Counted from the first letter of the stretch, positions 52,363-62,204 are shown. The stretch is DNA of 64,000 nucleotides from an uncultured delta proteobacterium (GCA_963745035.1 CAVUVW010000014.1:768001-832000); one strand, 5' to 3'. Made by a program: numbers and translations. Notes: a model not told the origin generated them from the letters alone.

Positions 52363-54039
52363 CTAAACCTTGCGTGTGCGATCCTGGCCCGCCGAGGGTG
52401 CGACCGCTTCTTTGCTCACGACGACATCGACTAAGGCAGGCATATTTGAGACTAACGCATCCCTGACGGCATCCTTGATATCGTGGCTGTCTTTAACACG
52501 CGCTCCGTGCGCTCCGAACCCCTTCGCAATAGCGGCGAAATTAGTGTCGCTGAAGTCGAGCACCTCCGAAACCACGCGCCCTCCCTTCAGGCGTTTTTCG
52601 GTGTGGTATTCAGAGGCCAAACAACTGTTGTTGAGCACGATGATGACTACCGGTACGTTGCAGCGGAGAGCGGTTTCCAGCTCCCCGATATGATAGAGGA
52701 TGCCGCCGTCGCCCGACACCGCCACGCACCGATGCCCCGGCCGTGCTAACGCCGCGCCCATTACACCGGGAACTACCCAGCCAAGCGAACCGTTGGCGCG
52801 AACCATCGTCTTGCCTGCTTTTACCGGAAAGAGGGATCCTACCCATGACCCGATGGCGCCGGTGTCGGCGCCAATAAGATCGTCCGGCGCCATGATCTCA
52901 CGCAGGCGTGCCACAACTTCGGCGGGATGAATGCCATCCTCGAGCTTTTGTTCACCCATGGAGCTCGCGTTTTTCCGCCATACAGCGACGTTGGCTGCAA
53001 CCTGCTCCGCCCAGGGCGTGCGCTTCCGGTTTAGTTTCCCGGACTCAATCGCAGCGAGCCCGCTATCCAACGCCAATTTAGCGTCAGCGACCACGGTCAA
53101 TGCGGCGCGGAAATTGTGGCCGAGAATCTCGTGATTCGTGTCGATCTGAATGAGCGGTTTCTTGTCGAACGGCAACGTCCAACGGTGGGTTGCTAAACCG
53201 CCGAGCCGCGTGCCGATGGCGAGTATCAGATCGGCTTCTCGCACGGTGTCATTGCCGACCTTGCGCGAGTTGCGGCCGATGGTGCCAACGGACAATTCGT
53301 GGTCTTCGGAGATCGCGCCCTTCCCGCCAAGAGAAGTTGCCACCGGCACGCTTAGCGCCTCCGCGAACCGCGTCAGCTCGTCCCACGCCTCCGAGTAAAC
53401 GACGCCCTTGCCGGCCACGATCAACGGCCGCTTTGCTTTGAGCAACTCGTCGACGACGGCGCGCATTGCGCCGGAAGGCGGCGGGATCCGCCTCGAGGTA
53501 ACGCTACCGAGATTTTCCTCCCGGTAGGCCATTTCCGATCCCGCATCCGCGCTAAACATTTCCGCCGGGATCTCGAGATGCACCGGACGCGGCGACGGGC
53601 CGGCCGCCACGCGTATGGCGGCACGCACCATCGCCGCCGCGCGCTCGGGCACCGATACGGTCTTGTTCCAATCGGCAACCGCATTGTGCATCTTCAACCC
53701 ATCGAGTTCCTGATACTCATAGCGATCCCGAGAAGGCATGCCGATGGAGCTCGTAAACGAGATCAAAGGGCTGCCCGCCCAGAGCGGATCCGCCATGGCT
53801 CCAGCGACATTTCCGACACCGGGCCCGCGCTGTCCGTAAACGAAACCAGGCTTTCCTGAAACCCGCGCGTAGCCGTCGGCCATATAGACGGCGCCCGCCT
53901 CGCTGCGGCAGTTGATGATGCGGATGCCCGCGTCATGAAGGGCATACCAAAGCTCGTGGTCGCCTCCCATGAAGCAGAAAAACAATTTTGTTTCGTACTC
54001 CACCAGCGTGCGCGCGACGATTTCCGCAACGGTTGCCAT
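52363..54039 (-). CDS. thiamine diphosphate-dependent enzyme (acetolactate synthase-like)
   Basis: E..A.YMADGYAR, GPG..N, GDGG...N ThDP motif. Confidence 0.9.
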   Translation of the reverse strand: MATVAEIVARTLVEYETKLFFCFMGGDHELWYALHDAGIRIINCRSEAGAVYMADGYARVSGKPGFVYGQRGPGVGNVAGAMADPLWAGSPLISFTSSIGMPSRDRYEYQELDGLKMHNAVADWNKTVSVPERAAAMVRAAIRVAAGPSPRPVHLEIPAEMFSADAGSEMAYREENLGSVTSRRIPPPSGAMRAVVDELLKAKRPLIVAGKGVVYSEAWDELTRFAEALSVPVATSLGGKGAISEDHELSVGTIGRNSRKVGNDTVREADLILAIGTRLGGLATHRWTLPFDKKPLIQIDTNHEILGHNFRAALTVVADAKLALDSGLAAIESGKLNRKRTPWAEQVAANVAVWRKNASSMGEQKLEDGIHPAEVVARLREIMAPDDLIGADTGAIGSWVGSLFPVKAGKTMVRANGSLGWVVPGVMGAALARPGHRCVAVSGDGGILYHIGELETALRCNVPVVIIVLNNSCLASEYHTEKRLKGGRVVSEVLDFSDTNFAAIAKGFGAHGARVKDSHDIKDAVRDALVSNMPALVDVVVSKEAVAPSAGQDRTRKV

Positions 54040-54092
54040 TTGATCCTCCGCGTCGAAGCTAGTGCTCCCTGCAACGGTTTCGTTGGCCTCTT

Positions 54093-55050
54093 CTATTCAC
54101 GCCGGAAGCTCATCGCCTCTTTCAAAGCCTCCTCGCCGCCAAGACCGAGGCCGAGCCCGTAGTGCTTGTCGGACGCCACCGCCTCCGGATAGAAGCTGGC
54201 GAGATCCCTTTCGGGATAGTTTTGCAGAACCCAATCGGCGATCTGCTCGCGCGTCGTGATCCACACGTTGCTCTTGCTTTTCACGTGGCGAATCACATCC
54301 TCGAGCGGTCTTGGTGCGAAAACCATGGGCCAGGACGGGATGCGTGCCATAGGCGAGCATCTTCGGAAATCCGCGCTTGCCCTCGTCGTAGAGCGCATCG
54401 AAATAGTCGCGCCACATCTCGACGATCTCGCGCACATTCATGCCGCGGCCGGAGTTGGTGTCCGACACCGCATAACTTGTCATCCCGACCAGCTTCTTGT
54501 CGTTGACCCGAATGATGAACGGGACCTCGGCGTTGCGCATGCCGCAGGTGTATTTGAACCCTTGTTCAACGAGTATGGAGAACGTTTCCGGCGTAAGATG
54601 CCCGCCGGGGGAGCTGAAACCCGAGGCCTTTTTGCCAAGCACCGTTTCAAACGCCTTGTTGGCGCGGGCGATGCCATCGGCTTGCTCCTGTGCCGTCATT
54701 TCATTCAGAAATTCATGATCCCAGCCTTGCACGAGAAACTCATGCCCTTTCGCCGCGACTTCACGGGATAGCTCCGGAAACAAAGTCACATTCAGGCCGT
54801 CGGCATAGGTACTGGTGCGAATTTCGTATCGTTGCCACAGATCGAGGAGCCGCTGCATACCACCGGTCTCCGCGAAAGCGGTCTCATAGACCGGGCGCAT
54901 GATGCGTGCGTATTTTGCCGACGACGAAGCTTTACCCGAGAGGCCATGACCCTTGGCTGTGCCCAAAGTCTTCGGAGGAATCTCCCAGGACATGTTGAAC
55001 ACGACGGCGATATACGCTCCGTTGGGCCACTCGAACTTTCCTTTGTACAT
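54093..55050 (-). CDS. polysaccharide deacetylase family protein (frameshift ~54312)
   Basis: WPNGA..AV, GMQRLLDL, GHE, YFDALYDE, GTHP; the C-terminus VWITTREQIA is in a second frame. Confidence 0.8.
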
Positions 55051-55477
55051 GTTACAACTCCTTTTTTGATCGCGTTGCCATTTTTTCCATGTCTCACAAC
55101 TCGCCTGGTTTAGTGAAAAGCCTCCTGACAATAATGATCCCGGAAATCTCCAGCCAGGGCACCTTCAATGTTAAACGAGCAGGCCGAACGGGGCGTGCCG
55201 CACCGCGACCACCGTGGCCGAGGCGAGACGACGAAAAAATAAGATAAAAACTACAGACTGTGCGGCATGAGCTGGCATTTATCGCCAACGGAATGAGAAT
55301 GCAAGCAAACAATTATTTCCGCACCGGAAAGCTTTGCCTCGTGTCGAAAAATGGTGTCGGAATAGTGAAAAGGTGAGAGTGAAAATGGTATCGGATAGTA
55401 TGAAAGAGGAACCAACAGCGAAATCGAGCCCCAGCTCAGAGCAGAGAGGCAAAGACAGAAAGCAAAGGGCAAAAGAC

Positions 55478-56023
55478 ATGAAAGCAAAACACCGTGAAGA
55501 ACTACTCAAAACATTGCAGGCCCGTTTTGAGAAACACATGAACCGCCATCAAGGTCTTGAATGGGCTAAGGTACAAGCAAAGCTGGAAGCTAATACTGAA
55601 AAACTGTGGTCACTCAATGAAATGGAAAGTACCGGCGGCGAGCCGGATGTTGTTGGTCATGATAAAAAGACAGGCGAATACATTTTTTATGATTGTTCAG
55701 CGGAAAGTCCTAAAGGCCGCAGAAGTGTTTGTTACGACCGTAAAGCGCTGGAGTCAAGGAAAGAACATAAACCGAAAAATAGCGCAATTGATATGGCCGC
55801 TGCCATGGGCATTGAGCTTTTAACGGAAGAACAATACCGGGAGCTGCAGAAACTTGGAAATTTCGATACCAAAACATCGAGCTGGATAGTAACACCTGCT
55901 GATATCAGAAACCTCGGTGGCGCCCTCTTTGCCGATTACCGCTACGGCAATGTCTTCGTGTATCACAACGGTGCAGAATCCTACTATGCCGCCAGGGGAT
56001 TCCGTGGCTCGGTAAGGATCTAA
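55478..56023 (+). CDS. DUF4256 family protein
   Basis: RF..HMNRH, EME.TGGEPD, ESPKGRRS.CYD, FDTKTSSW, YHNGAESYYAARGFRG (start could be 55399). Confidence 0.88.
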   Translation: MKAKHREELLKTLQARFEKHMNRHQGLEWAKVQAKLEANTEKLWSLNEMESTGGEPDVVGHDKKTGEYIFYDCSAESPKGRRSVCYDRKALESRKEHKPKNSAIDMAAAMGIELLTEEQYRELQKLGNFDTKTSSWIVTPADIRNLGGALFADYRYGNVFVYHNGAESYYAARGFRGSVRI

Positions 56024-56044
56024 ATTTTGCACAGGCAACTAAAT

Positions 56045-56221
56045 TGGTGGCAGCGCTGAGTGACATGCCAAATACAACCAGCGACAAAATGACAGTTAGT
56101 TCTTTTCCTCAGAGGCAGCTTTTCGGCCGAAAACTGAACCAAGCGCTTAACGATGCCGTTTTTGCTACGCTTAGCTTGCGAAATCAAGAAGCGCCCTGGT
56201 CCGAACCCCGGTCAAGGTTGA
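56045..56221 (-). mobile_element. REP-associated transposase element end + decayed N-terminus
   Basis: Homologous to 58655-58841 and 61625-61800. Confidence 0.8.
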
Positions 56222-56434
56222 AAATCACCTGGCGCCGATTGCCCCGGCAATCACCTGATAAAACGCGCCCGCATATTCCACTCTCGGTTTCGCCCATCAT
56301 CGCCCTGTAACAACCGTCCGGTTCAATAAATCAATACGAAAGCCTGACCGGGATTTTCCCGCTAGGCAACTTCCATCGATGGGTGATAGGTTCGAGTCGT
56401 TCCAGCTCACAATCCGTGAAAGGAGGACAAGCAC

Positions 56435-57436
56435 ATGCAAAGTGGTAATGATCGAAGAGATTTTCTCAAGAAGAGTCTTTTCTTCGCGGGCGCCGCGGGG
56501 CTGATGAGCTCGGGATTGGGCCCGCTCGCGGCGCTGGCGCAGACGATCGGCAAGCCCATGCGGAGGGCGGATCGCTATGAAGATACCTATATCTTCGAGC
56601 GCAAGCCGTTTAAGTGGCCGAGGAATAAAACCCTGGCGGTTTGGATCGCGCCCAACGTTGAGGTTTGGCACTACGATTTGCCGGGGGGTACGGCGATCTC
56701 TCCCAACGTGGCGAACCGCGTGCCGGACGTGATCAATTATGCCTGGCGCGAGTACGGCATCCGAGTCGGTTTGTGGCGTGTCGCGGATGTGCTGGACGCC
56801 GCGGGGATTAAACCGTCGGTGGCGCTCAACTCGGCTGTGTGCGAGACCTTTCCCAAAGCGATGGACGAAATGAAAAAGCGCGGCTGGGAGTTCATGGGTC
56901 ACGGCACAACCAATAGTGAAAATCTCGCCGGCTTGGCGCCGGAAAAAGAGAAAGAAGTGATCCAACATGTGCTGAAGACCATCGAGCAATCGACCGGCAA
57001 GCGGCCGCGCGGCTGGTTGGGCACCGGGCTGGTACAGACGCACAACACGCTCGACATCCTCGCCGAGGAGGGCGTGACTTATTGCGGCGATTGGAACAAC
57101 GACGACCAACCCTACCCGATGAAAGTAAAAAAGGGCAAGATGATTTCCATTCCTTACTGCATGGAGATCAACGATCTGCCCATGTTCGTGCGTAAAAATT
57201 ATACCGGCGAACAGTACTATCGGTCGGTGATCGATCAGTTCGACGCGCTTTACGCCGATAGCAGAAAGCACTCCCGAGTCATGGGCATCCCTTTACACCC
57301 GATGCTCATCGGCCAGCCGCTCAGAATCAAATACTTGCAGCAGGCGATCGCCTACATGAAAAAACATGAGCGCGTCTGGTTTGCCACCGCCGGCGAGATC
57401 GTCGACGCCTATGAGCACGTGAACCCGATAAGCTAA
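56435..57436 (+). CDS. Tat-exported polysaccharide deacetylase/PuuE-like protein
   Basis: DRRDFLK Tat signal; WREYG.RVG.WR, WEFMGHG, LHP...GQP.R. Confidence 0.88.
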   Translation: MQSGNDRRDFLKKSLFFAGAAGLMSSGLGPLAALAQTIGKPMRRADRYEDTYIFERKPFKWPRNKTLAVWIAPNVEVWHYDLPGGTAISPNVANRVPDVINYAWREYGIRVGLWRVADVLDAAGIKPSVALNSAVCETFPKAMDEMKKRGWEFMGHGTTNSENLAGLAPEKEKEVIQHVLKTIEQSTGKRPRGWLGTGLVQTHNTLDILAEEGVTYCGDWNNDDQPYPMKVKKGKMISIPYCMEINDLPMFVRKNYTGEQYYRSVIDQFDALYADSRKHSRVMGIPLHPMLIGQPLRIKYLQQAIAYMKKHERVWFATAGEIVDAYEHVNPIS

Positions 57437-57447
57437 AACCTTCCCGG

Positions 57448-57578
57448 TACCGCGCAGCTGGAAGAGAAGTTCAACGCCACAGCTAGAAAACTTTATCGGC
57501 GGCTCGTAGAAAAATATCCCGACTCGCCTACGCGAAAAGGCGAAGACTCGTTTGGCCGAGCTGGAGAAAGCGCGTTAG
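57448..57578 (+). repeat. decayed copy of the TPR lipoprotein gene 3' part
   Basis: taccgcgcagctggaagagaag...aactttatcggc...ggcgaagactcgtttggccgagctggagaaagcgcgttag. Confidence 0.85.
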
Positions 57579-57610
57579 ATAATCGGCCGGGGCACCCACA
57601 TGCGGCGCTA

Positions 57611-58468
57611 CTACAAGTTTTTCTGGAAAAAATTTCTTACCCTGCTCTGGTAATCGGGACCCATCTGGCCGTGGGCAAACTCCTCGTTGAACCAAAATTC
57701 AGCGCGTGGATTGTTGACCAGCGCTTGCTGCAACGTCTTGGCTTGGGAAAATGGGACCACCGCATCGGTGGACGAATGAGTGATGAGAATGGGCAGGGTA
57801 GTGTTGCGGATACTTTCTGCCGGTGACACATCTCTTACGTCGATCCCCAGAAAGAGATTAGCCCAGAATCCGATCAGATATGCCATGGGATAATTGAGCA
57901 ACGGCATTCTGAATAGCTGCAAAGCCATTTCTGCAAGACTCGCGTAACTCGATTCTGAAACAACCGCTTTGATCTCGGGAGCTTTGTCGATCGCCATCAA
58001 ACCGACCGCGCCGCCCATGGAAAAACCCCAAACGCCCACTTCTTTTATCCCTCTGCGTTTGAGAAATCGAATGGCCGCCAGGAGATCCTCGACCTCTTTA
58101 GCTCCGGCTGTTGAATAACTACCCTCGCTTTCTCCGAGGTAGCGGAAGTCGAACAAGAGCAGATTAAAATCAGCGTGCAGAAACGCCAGCGCTGGCAAGA
58201 TATTCCCCTTGTCTGCAGGGTAGCCGTGAAGCAGGATCAAGGTCTTGTCCGCCTTTTTTGCGGATGGGATGAACCAGCCGCGCAGCGTGAGTCCGTCCGC
58301 CGTTGTGAACGACACTTGCTCGTGAGGCATGTTTAACTCGCGCGGAGTGATCGAGGAAACGATCTTCGGTGGGCGAATGGAAATATAAAACAGCCAAACG
58401 CTGGCAAGGATCAAAAGTGCCGAGACGATGAGAACAATGCGCAGGATAGCGTTCACCTGTGCGCGCAT
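57611..58468 (-). CDS. alpha/beta hydrolase with N-terminal membrane anchor
   Basis: LHGY, FDFR..G.S.G, GFSMG, D.VVP, H. Confidence 0.88.
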   Translation of the reverse strand: MRAQVNAILRIVLIVSALLILASVWLFYISIRPPKIVSSITPRELNMPHEQVSFTTADGLTLRGWFIPSAKKADKTLILLHGYPADKGNILPALAFLHADFNLLLFDFRYLGESEGSYSTAGAKEVEDLLAAIRFLKRRGIKEVGVWGFSMGGAVGLMAIDKAPEIKAVVSESSYASLAEMALQLFRMPLLNYPMAYLIGFWANLFLGIDVRDVSPAESIRNTTLPILITHSSTDAVVPFSQAKTLQQALVNNPRAEFWFNEEFAHGQMGPDYQSRVRNFFQKNL

Positions 58469-58514
58469 TTTCCCTCAATCGGGAGGAAGCTGTCAACGTC
58501 GCCTCAACCGTTAT

Positions 58515-58841
58515 GCCGGTCTTAACGAGAAGATGAATGTGGTTGGATGTGACGATGTAATTAAGCACTGAAAGACGAAGCGTTTCTTCGCTTCAAGAAC
58601 CCAGCCCAGGTAAGAGCGGCGGTCCTGCCCAAACTTCAGTAGAAAATTTCTCCGATGACAGCGGTGAGTGATATGCCAAATACAACCAGCGAGAAAATGA
58701 CGGTTAGCTCTCGGCATCGTTTTCCTCAGAGGCAGCTTTTCGGCCCAAAACTGGACGTCTAAGCGCTTAAACGATGCCGTTTTATGCTACCTTAGATTGC
58801 TAAATCAAGAAGTTGCCCTGGTTCGACCCGCAGTCAAGGTT
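58515..58841 (-). mobile_element. REP-associated (Y1/HUH) transposase N-terminal part with element end
   Basis: MPRANRHF...WHITHRCH...LLKF..DR..Y..W..EAKKRF...LNY..TSNHIHLLVK; HUH motif HIH; truncated at ~58515. Confidence 0.85.
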
Positions 58842-58984
58842 GCTGTGTCCTTTCTTCAGGGCTCTTTGCGTCGACTTGCATATTATCGGCTTATCGTAAA
58901 TAAACGGATGGGCTCGGTTAAGAATTCTTAGTCTGAATCAGGCTGCCGCGAACGATTCGATTATAGCGATCAAAAGAGGACACA

Positions 58985-60328
58985 ATGATATCGATGATCG
59001 AAGGAGTTAGTCTTACCAGGGAAGAAAATGAAATCTTGACCCGGGTCGGACCCGGTACTCCCATGGGCAATTTGTTTCGTCGGTATCAGATACCGGTCTT
59101 ACTATCGGCGGAACTCGAACCGGGAGGGCCGCCCAAGCGCGTCCGACTGCTTGGAGAAGACCTGGTCGCATTCAGGAATCAATCCGGAAAAGTGGGCTTA
59201 GTGGGCGAAAGCTGTGCGCACCGCTGCGCCTCACTCTATTTTGGCCGCATTGAGGCCGAAGGAATACGCTGCGTCTATCACGGTTGGAAATACGGCTTCG
59301 ACGGTCAGTGTTTGGAAATGCCAAACGTCTTTCCGGAGCATCAGTTCAAAGAGAAAGTTCATTTGCCGGCTTATCCGTGTATTGAACGCGGCGGTTTCAT
59401 TTGGACCTATATGGGTCCGTCAAAAGAACTTCCGCCTGTTCCTGATTTTGAATTTCTCACGGTGCCTGAGGGGAATCGCTACATCGAGCAGAGAGACTAT
59501 CAAAATTGCAACTATCTCCAGGCTCTCGATGGAGGTATCGACCCCAGCCATGGAGCGTTTCTCCATGGTCCGATTCAGTCCCGTTCCATAAGTGACGACG
59601 AAGCGCTGCTGGGGCATGGGACGGGAATAGGCGCGGATCGTAACGTTGGCGGGACAATGCGCGTTGGGTTTGCCACAGGGCAACGTACGCCAGTCGTCGA
59701 GATGACAGAGACAGAATATGGAGTTGTAGTCGCAGGGAGGCGTAACAGCGGCGCGGACAAATATCTTTGGCGCATCAATCATTTTTTGATGCCGTTCTAT
59801 ACGATACCTCCGTGGATGCCCGATAAGTCTTGCCTCTGCCATATGTGGGTGCCGGTGGACGATGAGCACTGCATCAATTGGCGGCCCAGGTGGCACCCAT
59901 TCAGACCTCTGACCGAGAACGAGCGGGAAGTTTTCGCTTATGAGCACTTGCCGCCGACGCCGGAGGCGTATGGAGACATTCGACTCAGTGCCAATCGGTC
60001 CAATAATTATTTTATGGACTGGGAGATTCACCGCACCCGGAAGTTCGGCATTCCGACGCTCCACTTGGAAGACGTGGCCATCACCGAAAGTCAGGGACCT
60101 ATTTGTGATCGGACGAAGCAGAATTTGACCCACGCTGATATGGCCAGTCTGGCAGTTTACCGTCGGCTCTTAAACGCGGCCAAGGCCTTGCGAGATTCCG
60201 GCAGGATACCCGCAGAACTCCCAGATCCCACGATCTACCGGTGTATCCGTGGCGGATGTATGGACCTGGCCAAGGAAGAGAGCTGGGTGGAACAGATGAA
60301 ACGCCAGCGCATGGGAGCCGCGTCATAG
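58985..60328 (+). CDS. Rieske non-heme iron oxygenase (phthalate 4,5-dioxygenase-like)
   Basis: LTRVGPGTPMG, CAHR...CVYHGW, D..H...LH, ED.A..ESQG. Confidence 0.9.
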   Translation: MISMIEGVSLTREENEILTRVGPGTPMGNLFRRYQIPVLLSAELEPGGPPKRVRLLGEDLVAFRNQSGKVGLVGESCAHRCASLYFGRIEAEGIRCVYHGWKYGFDGQCLEMPNVFPEHQFKEKVHLPAYPCIERGGFIWTYMGPSKELPPVPDFEFLTVPEGNRYIEQRDYQNCNYLQALDGGIDPSHGAFLHGPIQSRSISDDEALLGHGTGIGADRNVGGTMRVGFATGQRTPVVEMTETEYGVVVAGRRNSGADKYLWRINHFLMPFYTIPPWMPDKSCLCHMWVPVDDEHCINWRPRWHPFRPLTENEREVFAYEHLPPTPEAYGDIRLSANRSNNYFMDWEIHRTRKFGIPTLHLEDVAITESQGPICDRTKQNLTHADMASLAVYRRLLNAAKALRDSGRIPAELPDPTIYRCIRGGCMDLAKEESWVEQMKRQRMGAAS

Positions 60329-60512
60329 GTGCATCCTCGCTTTAGTGGAGACCGCCGGGAATTTGTTTGCGGGCCTTCGTTCCCCAGAACGTGGAAAGTA
60401 AAACGCTTCTAGTTCCAACCGCGAGAGCCTATCTTCGGTTGAAGCGCAGAGCCCGTAGGATGGCTAGCAACGGATTTGTTCATGCATTGATCGGCTATGG
60501 TTTGAGGAAATT

Positions 60513-61496
60513 ATGAGAAAAACGATTTGGCTTGGAATCTTCGCGATGGGCTTTGGCCTAAGCATATCTTGCAATGCGCTAAGCGGAGAGAAGCTGCGAG
60601 TAGTTTTCCCCATCATGGGGATCGCTTTGAGTCCATCCTGGGTCGCCGTTGAAAAGGGGATGTGGCGCAAGAATGGTCTGGACGTGGAATTGATCTTATT
60701 GACCGGCGGCGGACGGGTAGTTCCGGCCCTGGTGAGCGGTAGCGCGCAGGTTCTCCTTGCCGCGGATACCGGAGTTATCATGGCGATTCATCAAGGAATG
60801 GATCTCGTCAGGCTCGGTGTGACAACAAACTCATTGCCGTCGTCGTTGTTCACCGTTCCCGACATTCAGTCGGTGCGAGACCTCAAAGGGAAAGTGCTGG
60901 GCATCTCTCGAGGAAGGGATGCCAGTTACGTTCGCTTAACGAAGTTGCTCCGCGATCATGGAGTCAATTCGAGCGACGATGTGAAGTTCCTAACTATTGG
61001 AGAGGGACAAGCGGCAAGGGTGTCCGCTTTAAAAGCGCGAATCATTCATGGAACCGTGCTTTCGCCGCCGTTCGACCTAGCGGCAAGCAAGGAAGGTCTA
61101 AAAATGCTTGCAAAGCTCGACATCCCCACGACAGGTGGAACGATCACCACGACAACGAGCTTCTTGAAAGCAAATCGGGGCATTCTCGTCAATTTTCTCA
61201 AAGGCTACATCGAAGGAGTGCATTTTTTGTTAAGGAATAAGGACGAAAGCATGAAGGTGCTTTCGAAGTACTTGAGAAATCCCGACATGACCACGATGGG
61301 CTATTTTTACGAGCAGGTTTCTCAACGCGCGGAGAGGGACCTGCGACCGAACGCAGAGTCGGTCCGTTTTGTTAACGACCTCGTCGCTATGGACGACCCT
61401 AAAGCCAAACGTCTTTCCGATAAGGACTATTGGGACCTAAGCCTCCTCGAGGAAATCCAGCAGTCGGGATTTATCGATCGGCTTTATAAAGAATAG
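60513..61496 (+). CDS. ABC substrate-binding protein (NMT1/SsuA-like)
   Basis: Signal peptide, WVA.EKG...KNGLDVE, DLKGK..G. Confidence 0.85.
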   Translation: MRKTIWLGIFAMGFGLSISCNALSGEKLRVVFPIMGIALSPSWVAVEKGMWRKNGLDVELILLTGGGRVVPALVSGSAQVLLAADTGVIMAIHQGMDLVRLGVTTNSLPSSLFTVPDIQSVRDLKGKVLGISRGRDASYVRLTKLLRDHGVNSSDDVKFLTIGEGQAARVSALKARIIHGTVLSPPFDLAASKEGLKMLAKLDIPTTGGTITTTTSFLKANRGILVNFLKGYIEGVHFLLRNKDESMKVLSKYLRNPDMTTMGYFYEQVSQRAERDLRPNAESVRFVNDLVAMDDPKAKRLSDKDYWDLSLLEEIQQSGFIDRLYKE

Positions 61497-61564
61497 TGAG
61501 CCGAGCTGTTGCCAGCGGATCACGGGCGTGATCGCCTCAGCGTATCGACGCAAGTTTCACATCC

Positions 61565-61800
61565 TGGAAAACCCAATGCAAATACCGGCGTCGATCGCGG
61601 GGAAACTTCAGTAGGAATTGCTTTTGGTGGCAGCGGTGAGTGATATGCCAAATACAACCAGCGAGAAAATGACGGTTAGCTCTCCCACATCGTTTTCCTC
61701 AGAGGCAGCTTTGGCCTAAAAACTGACCTTCTAAGCGCTTAAACGACGCCTCTTTTGATGCCCTAATCTCGCGAAATCGAGAAGTTGCTCTGGTCCGACA
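61565..61800 (-). mobile_element. REP-associated transposase element end + N-terminal fragment
   Basis: RANRHFLAGCIWHITHRCHQKQFLLKFPRDRRRYLHWVFQ; terminal motif ggtccgac at ~61792. Confidence 0.85.
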
Positions 61801-62068
61801 GCGCATGGATTCCTTCAACACGGTGACCAGCGCCGCCTATATCTTTCTCATGTTTCTCAGCAGCATGTTTTATCCGTTGGCGGGCGTTCCGGCATGGTTC
61901 CAGTGGGTAGCGCGCATCAATCCGATGACGTGGCAGGTCGACATGCTGCGCTTCAGCCTGCTCGGCACGGGTGCGCCGTCGCTGGTGCTCTTGGAAAGCA
62001 TCGCGTTCGCGCTGTTTACGATCCTCTGTCTGACTTTGGCGGTGCGCGCCCTCGAGCGCGCGGCGTGA
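61801..62068 (+). pseudogene. 3' fragment of an ABC-2 type permease
   Basis: FLSSMFYPL...P.W....R.NP.T...D..R; 5' two-thirds absent at the element junction. Confidence 0.75.
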
Positions 62069-62204
62069 CCGCCCATTCGCCGCGGCGAGCGCGTTGCAAA
62101 GCGGCGGCGCAAAAGGCAAGATTCCGGCGCCGGGAGCGCGGATCGGCGCCGCGGCAATGCTCACGCCGGCTGCATGAACCGGCTCAACCCGTGGAGGTGA
62201 TTGA

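Noticed and set aside
56380-56415. GGTTCGAGTC as an attR/tRNA fragment
   Set aside because: Does not match the tRNA-Thr 3' end beyond the T-loop and has no flanking stems
55995-61800. Integron interpretation of the cassette-like array
   Set aside because: No IntI gene or attC-type RYYYAAC...GTTRRRY sites identified; the separators are transposase-derived
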